Shown one piece after another: positions 22,812 through 32,305 of a stretch of 64,000 nt of DNA. A program made the position numbers and the translations under genes. Below the pieces are notes generated by a model. It was given only the letters and a program-made list of their open reading frames with translations, was not told the DNA's origin and ran no database searches. The stretch comes from Candidatus Latescibacterota bacterium (GTDB taxonomy: Bacteria > Latescibacterota > UBA2968 > UBA8231), in contig OZ252098.1 in assembly GCA_965248355.1 (NCBI GenBank), positions 2,176,001 through 2,240,000 of the forward strand. Reading direction: 5' to 3'. The stretch's first letter is position 1; each line of letters begins with the position of its first letter.

Positions 22812-25303
22812 TGGGCCCGGGGACGAGGGGACTGGCGGTCCTGGCGGTCCTGTGGGCGGTCGCGGCCCATGGCCAACCCTGGTGGGTGCGCGGCACCGTC
22901 CTCGACGCGGCCACCGGGCAGCCCCTGCCGGCGGCCACCGTGCGGCTGGCCGGCACCTTCCGGGGCACCATCGCCAACGACGAGGGCGCCTACCGGATCG
23001 AGGTGCGGAGGTGGCCGTCCACCCTGAGGGTGAACCACATCGGCTACGCCTCCCGGGACAGCCTCCTGGCCGCTCCCCCCGGGCGCGTCGACTTCGTGCT
23101 GGCGCCGGCGCCCTACCCTCTCGAACCGCTGGTGGTGACCCCCGGAGATCCGGCCGAGGGCATCATGGCCCGGGTCATCCGCAACAAGCAGGCCTGGAGG
23201 CCGCTCCTGGCCAGCTACCGCGCCCGGGCCTATACGCGGCGGGTCCTCGAAAACGACGAGGGCATCGTCACCATCGGGGAAACGGCCTCGGAGATCTCCT
23301 GGGACCGGGACCGCGGACTCCGCGAGGTGGTCAAGTCGCGGCGCACGACCAGCAACCTGGATGCCGAGACCGCATACGTATCGGCCCTGCAGGGGTTCGT
23401 CGACTTCTACGACGACGACATCCCCATGCTCGGACACTCCCTCGTCGGGCCCACCCATCCGGAGGCCCTCGACCACTACCGGTTCCGCCTGGCGGGCCGG
23501 CGCTACCTGGACGAGCAGGTGGTCTTCGACATCTCGGTCGAGCCCCGGAGCCGGCTGGCGGCCGCCTTCGTGGGCCGCGTCTCGGTCCTCGACGGCGCCT
23601 TCTCCCTCCTCGAGGTGGAGCTGGCGCCGAGCCGCGCGGCCCTGGCCTCGGCCGTTCCCCTGCCCGTGGTGGAGCGCCTGGAGTTCTCCTGGCGCCAGCA
23701 GTTCCGCGGCTTCGGCGAGGTCTGGCTGCCGGTGGACCACCGGTTCTCGCTGAAGGCGGAGATCGGCATGGTGGGCCTGCGCTTCCCCGCGGCGGGATTC
23801 ACCTCCCTGACGCGGCTGGACGACTACGAGGTCAACGCCGACCTGCCCGATTCCCTCTACGCCGGCGAGGAGGTGCTGCGCGTCGATTCCGTGGCCGTGG
23901 CCCGGGACACCACCTTCGCCCGGCTGGCGGACAAGGTGCCCCTCTCCGACCGGGAGCGGGAGGCCTACGCCGCCATCGACAGCACCGTGCGGCTCGAGCG
24001 GGCCTTCCGGCCCACCGGGGTTCTCGCCCGCCTGCTGATCCGGGACATGGAAGAGGAAGGGGAGGAGAGGGAGGCGGCCGGCGAAGCTCCGCCGGGGACC
24101 GGGGAGGTAGTGGGTCGGCCGCGCGGGCTGGGGATCGATGTGAAGCCCGATCTGCTCTATGACCGGGTGGGTGGAGCGCACCTGGGCCTGGAGGGCCGCC
24201 GGGTCTGGCCGGCGGCCGGGGAGGCGGCGCCGGGTACGACGTGGGTCCGGAGCCCGGGTCGGGCCGACCTGGAGGCGGGCGCCGGCGGCGCCTGGGACCT
24301 GGGCCTGAAGCGCTGGTCCTGGCGGGGCCGGGCCGCCTGGGGATGGGAGAAGGTGGACCGGAGCACCACCCGGCTGCGCGCGGCCGTGGAATACGGCAGC
24401 GGCAAGGTGCCGCGCAGCCACTCGGATACATACACCCTCCTGCTCAACAGCGCCCAGAGCCTGCTGGGCCTGGACGACTACTTCGACTACTACTGGAGCG
24501 AGGGGCTGCGGGCGCGGATCCAGCTCTGGCTGCCGGGGCGGATCCTCGTGGAGGCCGGCCTCAAGGACGAGGCGCACTCCTCCCTGGCGGAGACGACGAC
24601 CTTCAACCTGCTGGGCCGGGAGTGGAGGCCGCGGACCAACCCGGCCGTCGAGGAGGGGCGTCTGCGCTCGGTGGAAGGGTGCTTCGAGTGGGGCGGCCCG
24701 TACCGGCCCTTCGGGCTGAGGGCCAACCGGCGGGTCGAGGTGAAGGTGGAGCACGGCGGCGCCCTGGGCGGCGACTTCTCCTTCTCCCGCCTGCACCTGG
24801 CCCTCGACGGCCACTTCAAGACCCTCCTCCGGCGCCGGTCCGCGCCCAACGCCCTCGATCTGCGGCTGGTGGCGGGCTACGCCTTCGGCCGGTTGCCCCT
24901 GCAGCGCTTCGGGACTCTGGAGGCGGGTCTGCTCCCGTTCTCGCCCTTCGGCGTCTTCCGCACCGTGCGCGGCCATCCCCACGAGGGGGAGCACTACGCG
25001 GCCCTCTACTGGGAGCACAACTTCAAGGGGGCGCCCTTCGAGCTGCTGGGGCTGTGGGACTGGGCCATGCGGGGGGCGGGGCTGGTGGCGCACGGGGCCT
25101 CGGGCCGCACCTGGATCGACCCGGAGCGCCTGGCCGGCCTGGGGTACGATCCGCGCTACCAGGACGGCTTCCGCCACGAGGCCGGGGTCTCGCTGGTGCT
25201 CTTCCACCTGCTGCGCCTCGACTTCACCCGGCGGCTGGACCGCGCCGGCTGGAGCGCCGGGGCGAGCCTGGCGCGTTTCGATTCGGGGACCTTCGGGGGC
25301 TGA
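22811..25303 (+). CDS. Outer-membrane protein with carboxypeptidase-regulatory-like N-domain (DUF5686-like)
   Basis: Signal peptide, VRGTVLDAATGQPLPAATV...GTIANDEGAY...HIGY, SDREREAY, beta-strand-rich C-terminus. TGATG coupling to the kinase gene. Confidence 0.75.
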   Translation: MGPGTRGLAVLAVLWAVAAHGQPWWVRGTVLDAATGQPLPAATVRLAGTFRGTIANDEGAYRIEVRRWPSTLRVNHIGYASRDSLLAAPPGRVDFVLAPAPYPLEPLVVTPGDPAEGIMARVIRNKQAWRPLLASYRARAYTRRVLENDEGIVTIGETASEISWDRDRGLREVVKSRRTTSNLDAETAYVSALQGFVDFYDDDIPMLGHSLVGPTHPEALDHYRFRLAGRRYLDEQVVFDISVEPRSRLAAAFVGRVSVLDGAFSLLEVELAPSRAALASAVPLPVVERLEFSWRQQFRGFGEVWLPVDHRFSLKAEIGMVGLRFPAAGFTSLTRLDDYEVNADLPDSLYAGEEVLRVDSVAVARDTTFARLADKVPLSDREREAYAAIDSTVRLERAFRPTGVLARLLIRDMEEEGEEREAAGEAPPGTGEVVGRPRGLGIDVKPDLLYDRVGGAHLGLEGRRVWPAAGEAAPGTTWVRSPGRADLEAGAGGAWDLGLKRWSWRGRAAWGWEKVDRSTTRLRAAVEYGSGKVPRSHSDTYTLLLNSAQSLLGLDDYFDYYWSEGLRARIQLWLPGRILVEAGLKDEAHSSLAETTTFNLLGREWRPRTNPAVEEGRLRSVEGCFEWGGPYRPFGLRANRRVEVKVEHGGALGGDFSFSRLHLALDGHFKTLLRRRSAPNALDLRLVAGYAFGRLPLQRFGTLEAGLLPFSPFGVFRTVRGHPHEGEHYAALYWEHNFKGAPFELLGLWDWAMRGAGLVAHGASGRTWIDPERLAGLGYDPRYQDGFRHEAGVSLVLFHLLRLDFTRRLDRAGWSAGASLARFDSGTFGG

Positions 25304-25332
25304 CGGCGGCCGCAGGGCGCCGCGCCGGATGA

Positions 25333-26625
25333 TCAGCCGGCGGTGAGCCGGCTCACGTCGACGATGTAGAGCTGGCGGTGGCCCTCGTGAACCGAGTCGA
25401 TGCAGACCTGGGTGCCGTCGCGGTTCCAGCGGGGATGGAGATCGCAGCGGATCTCGCCGGTGATCGCGGGCGGCGAGAAGAAGCGGCCCACGTCCACCCG
25501 CCGGTCCCCGGCCAGGTCGTAGAGGATCAGCGTGCGGCTGGTCCCGCCCCGGGGATAGGTGTCGGTGAGCAGCCAGCGGCCGTCGGGCGAGTAGCTGCAG
25601 TGGCCGTCCTCGGTCAGGAGGCCCTCGCCGAGCACCTCCACCTGGTGGTGGACGCGGTCCCGGAAGACCAGGTAGCGGTCGCCGATGCCCCGGTGGAAAC
25701 CCCAGGCCAGGATGTGGTCCGGGTCGCGCCAGTCGAAGTGGGACACCGCGCCGTGGGAGGCGACGATGGCCAGCTCGCCGCCGTCGGGCCGCGCCGTGAT
25801 CATGCGGTGATGGCGGGGCGCGTCGGGGCTCGTCTGCCAGCGATGGAGGAAGACGAAGCGCCGGTCGTCGGGCGAGAACTGGAGATGGTTGAAGCGGTGG
25901 ACGGCGCCGTCGAAGCCGGGGCCCCGCTCGATGGCGGCCACCTGCGCCAGGGAGAGGATCAGGCGGTTCTCGCCGGTCTCGACGTCGAGCCACCAGATCC
26001 CGTCGTCCTCCGGCTCCGGCACCTCCCGCCCGGGGTCGGCCACCCCGGGGTAGCCGTACCCGGGCCGCTGGTGCTGCAGGCGGGAGAAGCTCGGGGTCAC
26101 CGCCTGGCGGCCGTCACGGCTCAGGGCGTAGACCGGGCGCGGCAGGGTGCGCACCACCGCCCCGCTCGACGTCTCCCGCACGACGGCGACAAAGCGGGGA
26201 CCGCCATCCGGGGAATCCTCCCAGCCGCGCTCGCTGGGCCGCTCCGGCTCCTCGCCCGCCTCCAGCCGGTCGTTGTGGATGACCCAGGGTGTCTCCGGCC
26301 GGGGGTCGCGGGCGGCCACGTGTCCGGCGGCGTGCGGCACCGGCAGCCAGTGGAGCATCGAGCTCTGCTGCCAGCACCAGGCGCTGGTCCGGCCGAGGGG
26401 CCGGAACGCCCCGTCGTCCTGCAGGTCGACGACGCCCACGGCGGCGGTGTCCCGGGCGGTGGGCGGCCGCCCGAGAAAGTCCGTCTCCAGGCAGAGCAGG
26501 TAGCGCCCGCTGCCGTCCCAGCAACTCTTGTCGTAGTACCCGAAGAAGTGATGCCGGGGTCCGCGCGTCACCGCGCGGACGGGGAAGTCCGACTCCCAGC
26601 GCGGTGTCGGGGATGGATCGCTCAT
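25333..26625 (-). CDS. Beta-propeller protein, oligogalacturonate lyase (PL22)/TolB-like
   Basis: HFFGYYD, NHLQFSPD, FLHRW, GHCSYSPDG, TDTYP and RCDLHPRW. Confidence 0.7.
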   Translation of the reverse strand: MSDPSPTPRWESDFPVRAVTRGPRHHFFGYYDKSCWDGSGRYLLCLETDFLGRPPTARDTAAVGVVDLQDDGAFRPLGRTSAWCWQQSSMLHWLPVPHAAGHVAARDPRPETPWVIHNDRLEAGEEPERPSERGWEDSPDGGPRFVAVVRETSSGAVVRTLPRPVYALSRDGRQAVTPSFSRLQHQRPGYGYPGVADPGREVPEPEDDGIWWLDVETGENRLILSLAQVAAIERGPGFDGAVHRFNHLQFSPDDRRFVFLHRWQTSPDAPRHHRMITARPDGGELAIVASHGAVSHFDWRDPDHILAWGFHRGIGDRYLVFRDRVHHQVEVLGEGLLTEDGHCSYSPDGRWLLTDTYPRGGTSRTLILYDLAGDRRVDVGRFFSPPAITGEIRCDLHPRWNRDGTQVCIDSVHEGHRQLYIVDVSRLTAG

Positions 26626-26671
26626 CGTCCGGGCCCGCTCCTCGAGGCCACGGGGCTCGTGGGCGTCCGGA

Positions 26672-26935
26672 TCAGTTGGCGCCCGGCGTCTCGCTCTCGA
26701 GGTGCTTCACCTCCAGGGTCTTGAGGTAATCCTGAAGGGCCCGGCCGTCGCCCGGGAGGTCGAGCACGTCGGAGAAAGGCCACATGTCCCCCTGCAGGAA
26801 CTCGATGGCGCTCTCGTGGTCCTGCGAGGTCGGTGCGGTGGACATGTCCTTGATGGCCTGGAGAATGACGGCGGCGGCCAGCCGACGATGTCCGTCGAAC
26901 TGGGCCCGGTAGGCGGATTTGCGTTGCTTGGCCAT
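26672..26935 (-). CDS. Small hypothetical protein (87 aa), phage-like LAxAVIxQAxxD family
   Basis: Host-like GC3-biased codons, non-overlapping position, AT-rich upstream region. Confidence 0.7.
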   Translation of the reverse strand: MAKQRKSAYRAQFDGHRRLAAAVILQAIKDMSTAPTSQDHESAIEFLQGDMWPFSDVLDLPGDGRALQDYLKTLEVKHLESETPGAN

Positions 26936-26964
26936 GGCTCGTCGCGGTGCGGTCGGGGGTTAGG

Positions 26965-26999
26965 GAAACGTCCCAATATAGTGATTATTACGACGTTTC
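26965..26999. promoter_or_regulatory. Inverted repeat (operator-like) overlapping an AT-rich putative -10 region
   Basis: GAAACGTC-cc-AATA-tagtgat-TATT-ac-GACGTTTC. Confidence 0.55.
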
Positions 27000-27023
27000 G
27001 ACAGGAAAATGGATCCCGGCCTC

Positions 27024-28286
27024 TTAGACGAAGAGCCCCACCACGCATCCCGTAAGCATCGTGGCCAGCGTTCCGGCCACGATCGAGCGCAATCCCAGCC
27101 GGGCCAGATCCCCCCGGCGCTCCGGTGCGATGCTCCCGACGCCGCCGATCATGATCGCCACCGACCCGAAGTTGGCAAAGCCGCACAGGGCGTAGACCGC
27201 GATGAGGAAGGCGCGCGGGCTCAGGACCCCCGGGTCGGCGGCCATGCGCGTGGAGAGCTCCACGTAGGCCACGAACTCGTTGAGGATCGTCTTCACGCCC
27301 ATGAGCTGGCCGATGACCGCCGCCTCCGACCACGACACCCCCATGAGCCAGCAGGGCAGGCGCAGGACCCAGCCGCTGGCGGCCTGCAGGCTCCAGGCCG
27401 CCCCCTCCTCCCCCACGACCATCCTCCCGGCCCAGCCCACGGCGAGGTTGATCAGGGCCACCAGCCCGATGAAGGCGATCAGCATGGCCAGGATGTTGAG
27501 GAACAGGCGCATGCCTTCGGAGGCCCCGCGCGCCGCCGCGTCCAGTCCGTTGAGGGTGTCGTCCGTCTCCACCTCGATGTCGCCGCCGGCGGTGACCGGC
27601 GCCTCCGTCTCCGGGTACATCAGCTTGGCCACGGCCACCGCGGCGGGGGCGCTGATCAGGGAGGCCGTGAACAGGTGGCCGGCGATCTCGGGATGGGCGC
27701 CGGCCAGCATGGTAGCGTAGACGATCATCACCGTCCCGGCGATGGTCGCCATGCCGGCGGTCATCAGGCAGAACAGCTCGCTGAGGGTCAGACGCGCCAC
27801 GTACGGACGAATCAGCAGCGGCGCCTCGGTCATGCCCAGGATGATGTTGGCGGACACCGAGACGCTCTCGGCGGCGCTGATCCCGAAGAGGCGCTGCATG
27901 AAGCGGCTCAGCTGGCGGATCGCCCAGGGCAGGATCCCGTAGTGGTACAGCACCCTGGACAGGGAGGCGACGAAGATGATGACGGCGGCGATCTCCAGGG
28001 CGACGATCGGGCCGTACGTCCGGGTGAAGTCGGCATGGGTGACGCCCATGAAGAGCAGCGACTCGTTGGCCTTGAGCGCCGTCACCTTCAGAAGCTCCGC
28101 CAGGGCGCCGACGATGGCGAAGACGTGGCCCCGCAGGCCGCTGAGCAGGAGCAGCGCCGCGAGACCGAGCTGCAGGCCGGTGGCGGCCAGCAGGATACGC
28201 CAGGGCGCGGGGCCGCATCGGGTGCCGGCGGCCCAGGCCAGCCCCAGGAGGGCCGCGTAGCCGAAGGCGCCGTGCAGGATCTCCAT
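27024..28286 (-). CDS. nupC: Concentrative nucleoside transporter (NupC/CNT family)
   Basis: ANIILGMTEAPLLIRPY, GMATIAG, LNEFVAY and ALCGFANFGS. Confidence 0.9.
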   Translation of the reverse strand: MEILHGAFGYAALLGLAWAAGTRCGPAPWRILLAATGLQLGLAALLLLSGLRGHVFAIVGALAELLKVTALKANESLLFMGVTHADFTRTYGPIVALEIAAVIIFVASLSRVLYHYGILPWAIRQLSRFMQRLFGISAAESVSVSANIILGMTEAPLLIRPYVARLTLSELFCLMTAGMATIAGTVMIVYATMLAGAHPEIAGHLFTASLISAPAAVAVAKLMYPETEAPVTAGGDIEVETDDTLNGLDAAARGASEGMRLFLNILAMLIAFIGLVALINLAVGWAGRMVVGEEGAAWSLQAASGWVLRLPCWLMGVSWSEAAVIGQLMGVKTILNEFVAYVELSTRMAADPGVLSPRAFLIAVYALCGFANFGSVAIMIGGVGSIAPERRGDLARLGLRSIVAGTLATMLTGCVVGLFV

Positions 28287-28298
28287 GGGAGCCTTCCT

Positions 28299-28961
28299 TC
28301 AGGGATGGAGCCCGAGGGCGTCCAGGGCGGCCTGGGCGACCTGGACGGGCGGACCGCCGGTGGCCAGCCGCACCGCCCCCTCCCACACGGGCAGGGAGGT
28401 CAGGTTGTCGGCGAAGCTCTCGAACCAGGGGCTGTCGACCCGCGACCCCCGGGCCTGCAGCCGCCGGCGCCAGGTCTCGCGCTCCGGGGCGTCGAGGTGG
28501 AGGACGGTCAGGCGCGCCGGAGCCACGGCCTCGGCGAAGGCGGGCCACAGGGGCGCGAAGGCCAGCTCCGGACCCCAGCCGCCGGCGAGGAAGACCACCC
28601 GGCGACCGGCGAGGTTGGCGCAGGCGGTGGCCACGGCCCCGGCGTACTCGATGGGACGCAGCCGCTGCCAATAGCGCCTGGTGCCGTAGGCCCCGGTCTC
28701 GGGGACCCCTGCCTGGCGCGCCGCCTCCAGGACGAAGGGGCCGGCGGCGGCGTCCTTGTCCACGCACAGGGACCCGGGCACCACCGGCAGGAGACGGGCG
28801 ACGAGGGCCGTCTTGCCGGCCCCCGGAGGTCCGGCGACGACGACCAGCCGGGCCCCCGGGGCTCCCGGGGCCGCGGCCTCGAGCACGGCCCGCACGGTCG
28901 GCCGGGCGTCGGGCTCGGACTCCGCGTAGCCGCCGCCGAGCCGTGCCACGGGGGCGGTCAC
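28299..28961 (-). CDS. P-loop kinase/AAA_33-like protein
   Basis: VVVAGPPGAGKT, VDKD and RLQARG. GTG start overlaps the upstream stop. Confidence 0.7.
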   Translation of the reverse strand: MTAPVARLGGGYAESEPDARPTVRAVLEAAAPGAPGARLVVVAGPPGAGKTALVARLLPVVPGSLCVDKDAAAGPFVLEAARQAGVPETGAYGTRRYWQRLRPIEYAGAVATACANLAGRRVVFLAGGWGPELAFAPLWPAFAEAVAPARLTVLHLDAPERETWRRRLQARGSRVDSPWFESFADNLTSLPVWEGAVRLATGGPPVQVAQAALDALGLHP

Positions 28962-29695
28962 GGCGAGGGCGCGCCCCGGTCCCGTGGTTCCCAGCCCACC
29001 CCCTTGCCGCTCTCCAGGTCCCACTTGAGCTCGCCGCCCAGGGACGCCCCGTAGACGATGGCGAACCTCGGATCGGGGCCGGCCAGACAGCAGTGGGTGA
29101 ACTCGGCCATGTCCCGCGACGAGAGCCAGCGGTTCATGCCGGGCTCGTACCGGGAGTTGACCTCGTCGGTCTCGGGGAAGTTGGCGATGCGGAGGTTGTA
29201 GCAGGAGATCCCGTACTCGTCGTAGTAGAACCGGCCCAGGGCCTCGCCGTAGGCCTTGCTGACCCCGTACATGCTGTCCGGGCGGACCGGCAGCTCGGGG
29301 CGGGAGACGGCGCCCTCCCTCTCGTAGAAGCCGGTGACGTGGTTGGTGCTGGCGAAGACCACCTTGGGCACCCCGTTGATGCGCGCCGACTCGAAGATGT
29401 TGTAGGTGCCGCGGATATTGGTCTCGAAGATCACCTGGTTGTAGAGCGTGCGGGGCGCGCCCCGGCCGGTGACGGCGATGCCCAGGTGGACGATGGCGTG
29501 CACGCCCTCCCCGATCTCGATCATGCACTCCAGGTTGGACAGGTCGGAGACGATGACCTGGTCCCCGGGCTCCACCTCGGGGACGTTGCGGTGGAAGAGG
29601 AGGCGGAAGTCGTAGCGGTCGCGCAGGTAGCGCCTCAGGGCGCTGCCGACCTTGCCGGCCGCGCCGGTGATCAGGATACGCTTTCGGTCAGCCAT
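28958..29695 (-). CDS. NAD-dependent epimerase/dehydrogenase, uronate dehydrogenase-like
   Basis: ITGAAGKVG, VFASTNHVTGFY, RPDSMYGVSKAYGE and LRI...WLS.RD. Confidence 0.8.
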   Translation of the reverse strand: MADRKRILITGAAGKVGSALRRYLRDRYDFRLLFHRNVPEVEPGDQVIVSDLSNLECMIEIGEGVHAIVHLGIAVTGRGAPRTLYNQVIFETNIRGTYNIFESARINGVPKVVFASTNHVTGFYEREGAVSRPELPVRPDSMYGVSKAYGEALGRFYYDEYGISCYNLRIANFPETDEVNSRYEPGMNRWLSSRDMAEFTHCCLAGPDPRFAIVYGASLGGELKWDLESGKGVGWEPRDRGAPSP

Positions 29696-29740
29696 GCTCT
29701 CGGACCAGGGTTGCGGGTGAAGGACGAAGAGACGAGGGAG

Positions 29741-30892
29741 TCAGCCCCGGCTCCGTTGCCACAGGGAGATCTCGGCGCCGGCGAAGATCATGAGCAGGCC
29801 GGCCCCGCCCAGCACCGCCCACCAGGCCTGGGCGGCCCCGGCCCCCCCGGCGGCGGCGCAGGGGAGGGCGACGGCCGCCGTCAGGGCCAGGAGCACGAGC
29901 ACGGCCCGGGTGGGGTCGAGGCCGGCGGCCACGAGCCGGTGGCTGACGTGCCGGTTGTCGCCGACCCACGGCGCCGCGCCGCGGCGCAGCCGCAGCCAGA
30001 CCACGGTGACCAGGTCGTAGGCCGGCAGCGCGAAGGGCAGGATCGGCAACAGCCAGAAGGGTGCGGTGGAGAGGCCGGTGGCCGACTCCGACGACAGCAG
30101 CGAGCTGAGGGAGACGGAGACCGCTCCGGCGAGGAAGCCGAGAAACAGGCCGCCGGCGTCGCCCAGGAAGATGGAGGCGGCGGGGAAGTTGTGGATCAGG
30201 AAACCGCCCGAGGCCCCGGCCGAGGCCAGGCAGAGGATGGCCATGGGCAGGTGTCCGGCCGCCAGGGCGAGGGCCGCGCACGTCCCCAGGCCGAGGACGG
30301 CCAGCCCCGCGGCCAGGCCGTTCATGTTGTCGAGGAAGTTGAAGGCATTGGTCAGGGCCACGATCCACAGGACGCTCAGGCCGGCGGCCAGGACCGCGCT
30401 TCCGCCGGGGGCCGCCAGGCGGAACCCCGGCACCCAGAGAACGAGGGCGCCGCCGCAGACCGCCTGCACGCCCAACCGCAGGCCCGGCGGCAGGGGCCGG
30501 CGATCGTCCGCCAGGCCGAGCAGCATGATCCCCGTGGCCGCCGCCAGCAGGCAGAGGACCTGGCTGACCTGCCGGACCGTGGGGCTCCAGTCCTCCAGGG
30601 GAAAGAAGGCGTACGGCGCCCAGGGGCCGATCCACCCGACGCCGTCGTGGATCAGGTCGGGACGCACGCTCAGGAGCCAGGCGGCGGCCGCCGCGAGAGG
30701 GACGAAGGCGCCGATCCAGACGGCGAGGCCGCCTCCGCACGGCGTACGGCGGCTGTGGGTCTTGTAGTCCGCGTCGTCCGGGTCGTCCACCAGGCCGGCG
30801 CGCAGGGCCAGGTAGCGGACGGGGAGCACGGCCGCCGACGCCAGGAGCAGGGCGCTGACGGTGTACGCGGAGAGCAGGAACAGGGCGGTCAC
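29741..30892 (-). CDS. Polyprenyl-phosphate GlcNAc-1-phosphate transferase (MraY/WecA, glycosyltransferase family 4)
   Basis: GLADD, TNAFNFLDNMNGLA, NFPAASIFLGDAG and DNRHVSHRL. Confidence 0.9.
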   Translation of the reverse strand: MTALFLLSAYTVSALLLASAAVLPVRYLALRAGLVDDPDDADYKTHSRRTPCGGGLAVWIGAFVPLAAAAAWLLSVRPDLIHDGVGWIGPWAPYAFFPLEDWSPTVRQVSQVLCLLAAATGIMLLGLADDRRPLPPGLRLGVQAVCGGALVLWVPGFRLAAPGGSAVLAAGLSVLWIVALTNAFNFLDNMNGLAAGLAVLGLGTCAALALAAGHLPMAILCLASAGASGGFLIHNFPAASIFLGDAGGLFLGFLAGAVSVSLSSLLSSESATGLSTAPFWLLPILPFALPAYDLVTVVWLRLRRGAAPWVGDNRHVSHRLVAAGLDPTRAVLVLLALTAAVALPCAAAGGAGAAQAWWAVLGGAGLLMIFAGAEISLWQRSRG

Positions 30893-30970
30893 GGCACTCC
30901 GGATCTGCGACGAGTCGGCGGGGAGGGGCTTATTATATCACCCCACCCGAGTCACGGACAGGAGGCGTCC

Positions 30971-32203
30971 ATGCTGGCCATCGACGGGGGAAGACCGGTT
31001 CGAGAGACTCCCTTTCCGCCCCGCGCCTTGTTCGGCGCCGCCGAGAGGGAAGCCGCCCTGCGGCTCTTCGATCAGGCCATCGACAGCGGCTCCCCCATCG
31101 GCTACGGGGGCCCCGAGGAGCAGGCCTACGAGGCCGCCTTCGCCGCCGCCCACGGGGGCGGCTTCGCCGATCTGGTCAACTCCGGCACCTCGGCCCTGTA
31201 CGCCGCCCTCGGAGGGATGGAGCTGGAACCGGCGGCCGAGGTGGTGGTGCCGCCGATCACCGATCCCGGGGGCGTCATGCCGGTGGCGCTGCTGAACCTG
31301 GTTCCCGTCGTGGCCGACGCGGCGCCCGGCAGCTTCAACGCCGGCGCCGAACAGATCGAGGCCGTGCTGTCACCCCGCACGAAGGCGATCCTGGTGGCCC
31401 ACATCGCCGGGGAGCCGGCGGACATGGACCCCGTCCTGGAGCTGGCCGGCCGCCGCGGCCTGCCGGTGATCGAGGACTGCGCCCAGGCCCACGGGGCCCG
31501 GTACCGCGGGCGTACCGTCGGCACCCTCGGGGCGGCGGCCGTGTTCTCGACGATGAGCGGCAAGCATCACGCCACCGGACCCCAGGGAGGGGTCGTGTTC
31601 AGCACCGACGAGGCCCTCGGCTGGCGCTGCAAGCGCTTCGCCGACCGCGGCAAGCCCCTCGGCCTGGAAGGCGGGTCCAACGCGCGCGCCGGGCTGAACC
31701 TCAACGGCAACGAGCTGGCCGCCGCCGTGGGGCGCGTGCAACTGCGCCGGCTTCCGGAGATCACCGCCGGCCGCCGCCGGGTGGCGCAGTCGATCGCCGC
31801 GGGCCTGGAGTCGATCGGGGCCGTGAGCTGCGCGCCGGAACTCCCGGGCGCCGAGGCCGTGTACTGGTTTCTGCGCGTCCACGTCCGCGGCGAAGGGTTG
31901 ACCGTCGGCAAGGACCGCTTCGCCCGCGCCGTGGCGGCCGAAGGCATCCCGGTGAACCCGTCCTACCGGTACCTGCCCGCGGAGGCCGAGTGGTTCCGTG
32001 AGCGGCGGGTCTTCCCGCCCAGCGACTATCCCTGGGGGCTGCCGGCGTACGGCGGCGACCGCAACGCCCGGTTCCCCTGCCCCAACGCGGTGGAGGCCGT
32101 GGAGAGCCACTTCTCCCTGTCCATCCACGAGAACTGGGGGGAGGCGGAGGTGGCCGACACCATCGAGGCGGTCCGCAGGGTGACAGAGGAGTACGCGGCG
32201 TGA
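30971..32203 (+). CDS. DegT/DnrJ/EryC1/StrS aminotransferase
   Basis: MLAIDGGRPVR, NSGTSAL, VIEDCAQAHGA and FSTMSGK. GGAGG RBS. Confidence 0.9.
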   Translation: MLAIDGGRPVRETPFPPRALFGAAEREAALRLFDQAIDSGSPIGYGGPEEQAYEAAFAAAHGGGFADLVNSGTSALYAALGGMELEPAAEVVVPPITDPGGVMPVALLNLVPVVADAAPGSFNAGAEQIEAVLSPRTKAILVAHIAGEPADMDPVLELAGRRGLPVIEDCAQAHGARYRGRTVGTLGAAAVFSTMSGKHHATGPQGGVVFSTDEALGWRCKRFADRGKPLGLEGGSNARAGLNLNGNELAAAVGRVQLRRLPEITAGRRRVAQSIAAGLESIGAVSCAPELPGAEAVYWFLRVHVRGEGLTVGKDRFARAVAAEGIPVNPSYRYLPAEAEWFRERRVFPPSDYPWGLPAYGGDRNARFPCPNAVEAVESHFSLSIHENWGEAEVADTIEAVRRVTEEYAA

Positions 32204-32225
32204 GAACGGGCCGGCACGGGGAGCT

Positions 32226-32254
32226 TTGACTCTCTTTCGGGGCCCGAGTACCTT
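32226..32254 (+). promoter_or_regulatory. Putative sigma70 promoter
   Basis: TTGACT-17 bp-TACCTT upstream of 32306. Confidence 0.6.
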
Positions 32255-32305
32255 CCTTTTTGCAGGCCATTCCTCTTCAGTGAAACCAGAAAGGCAGGCC
32301 GTTTC

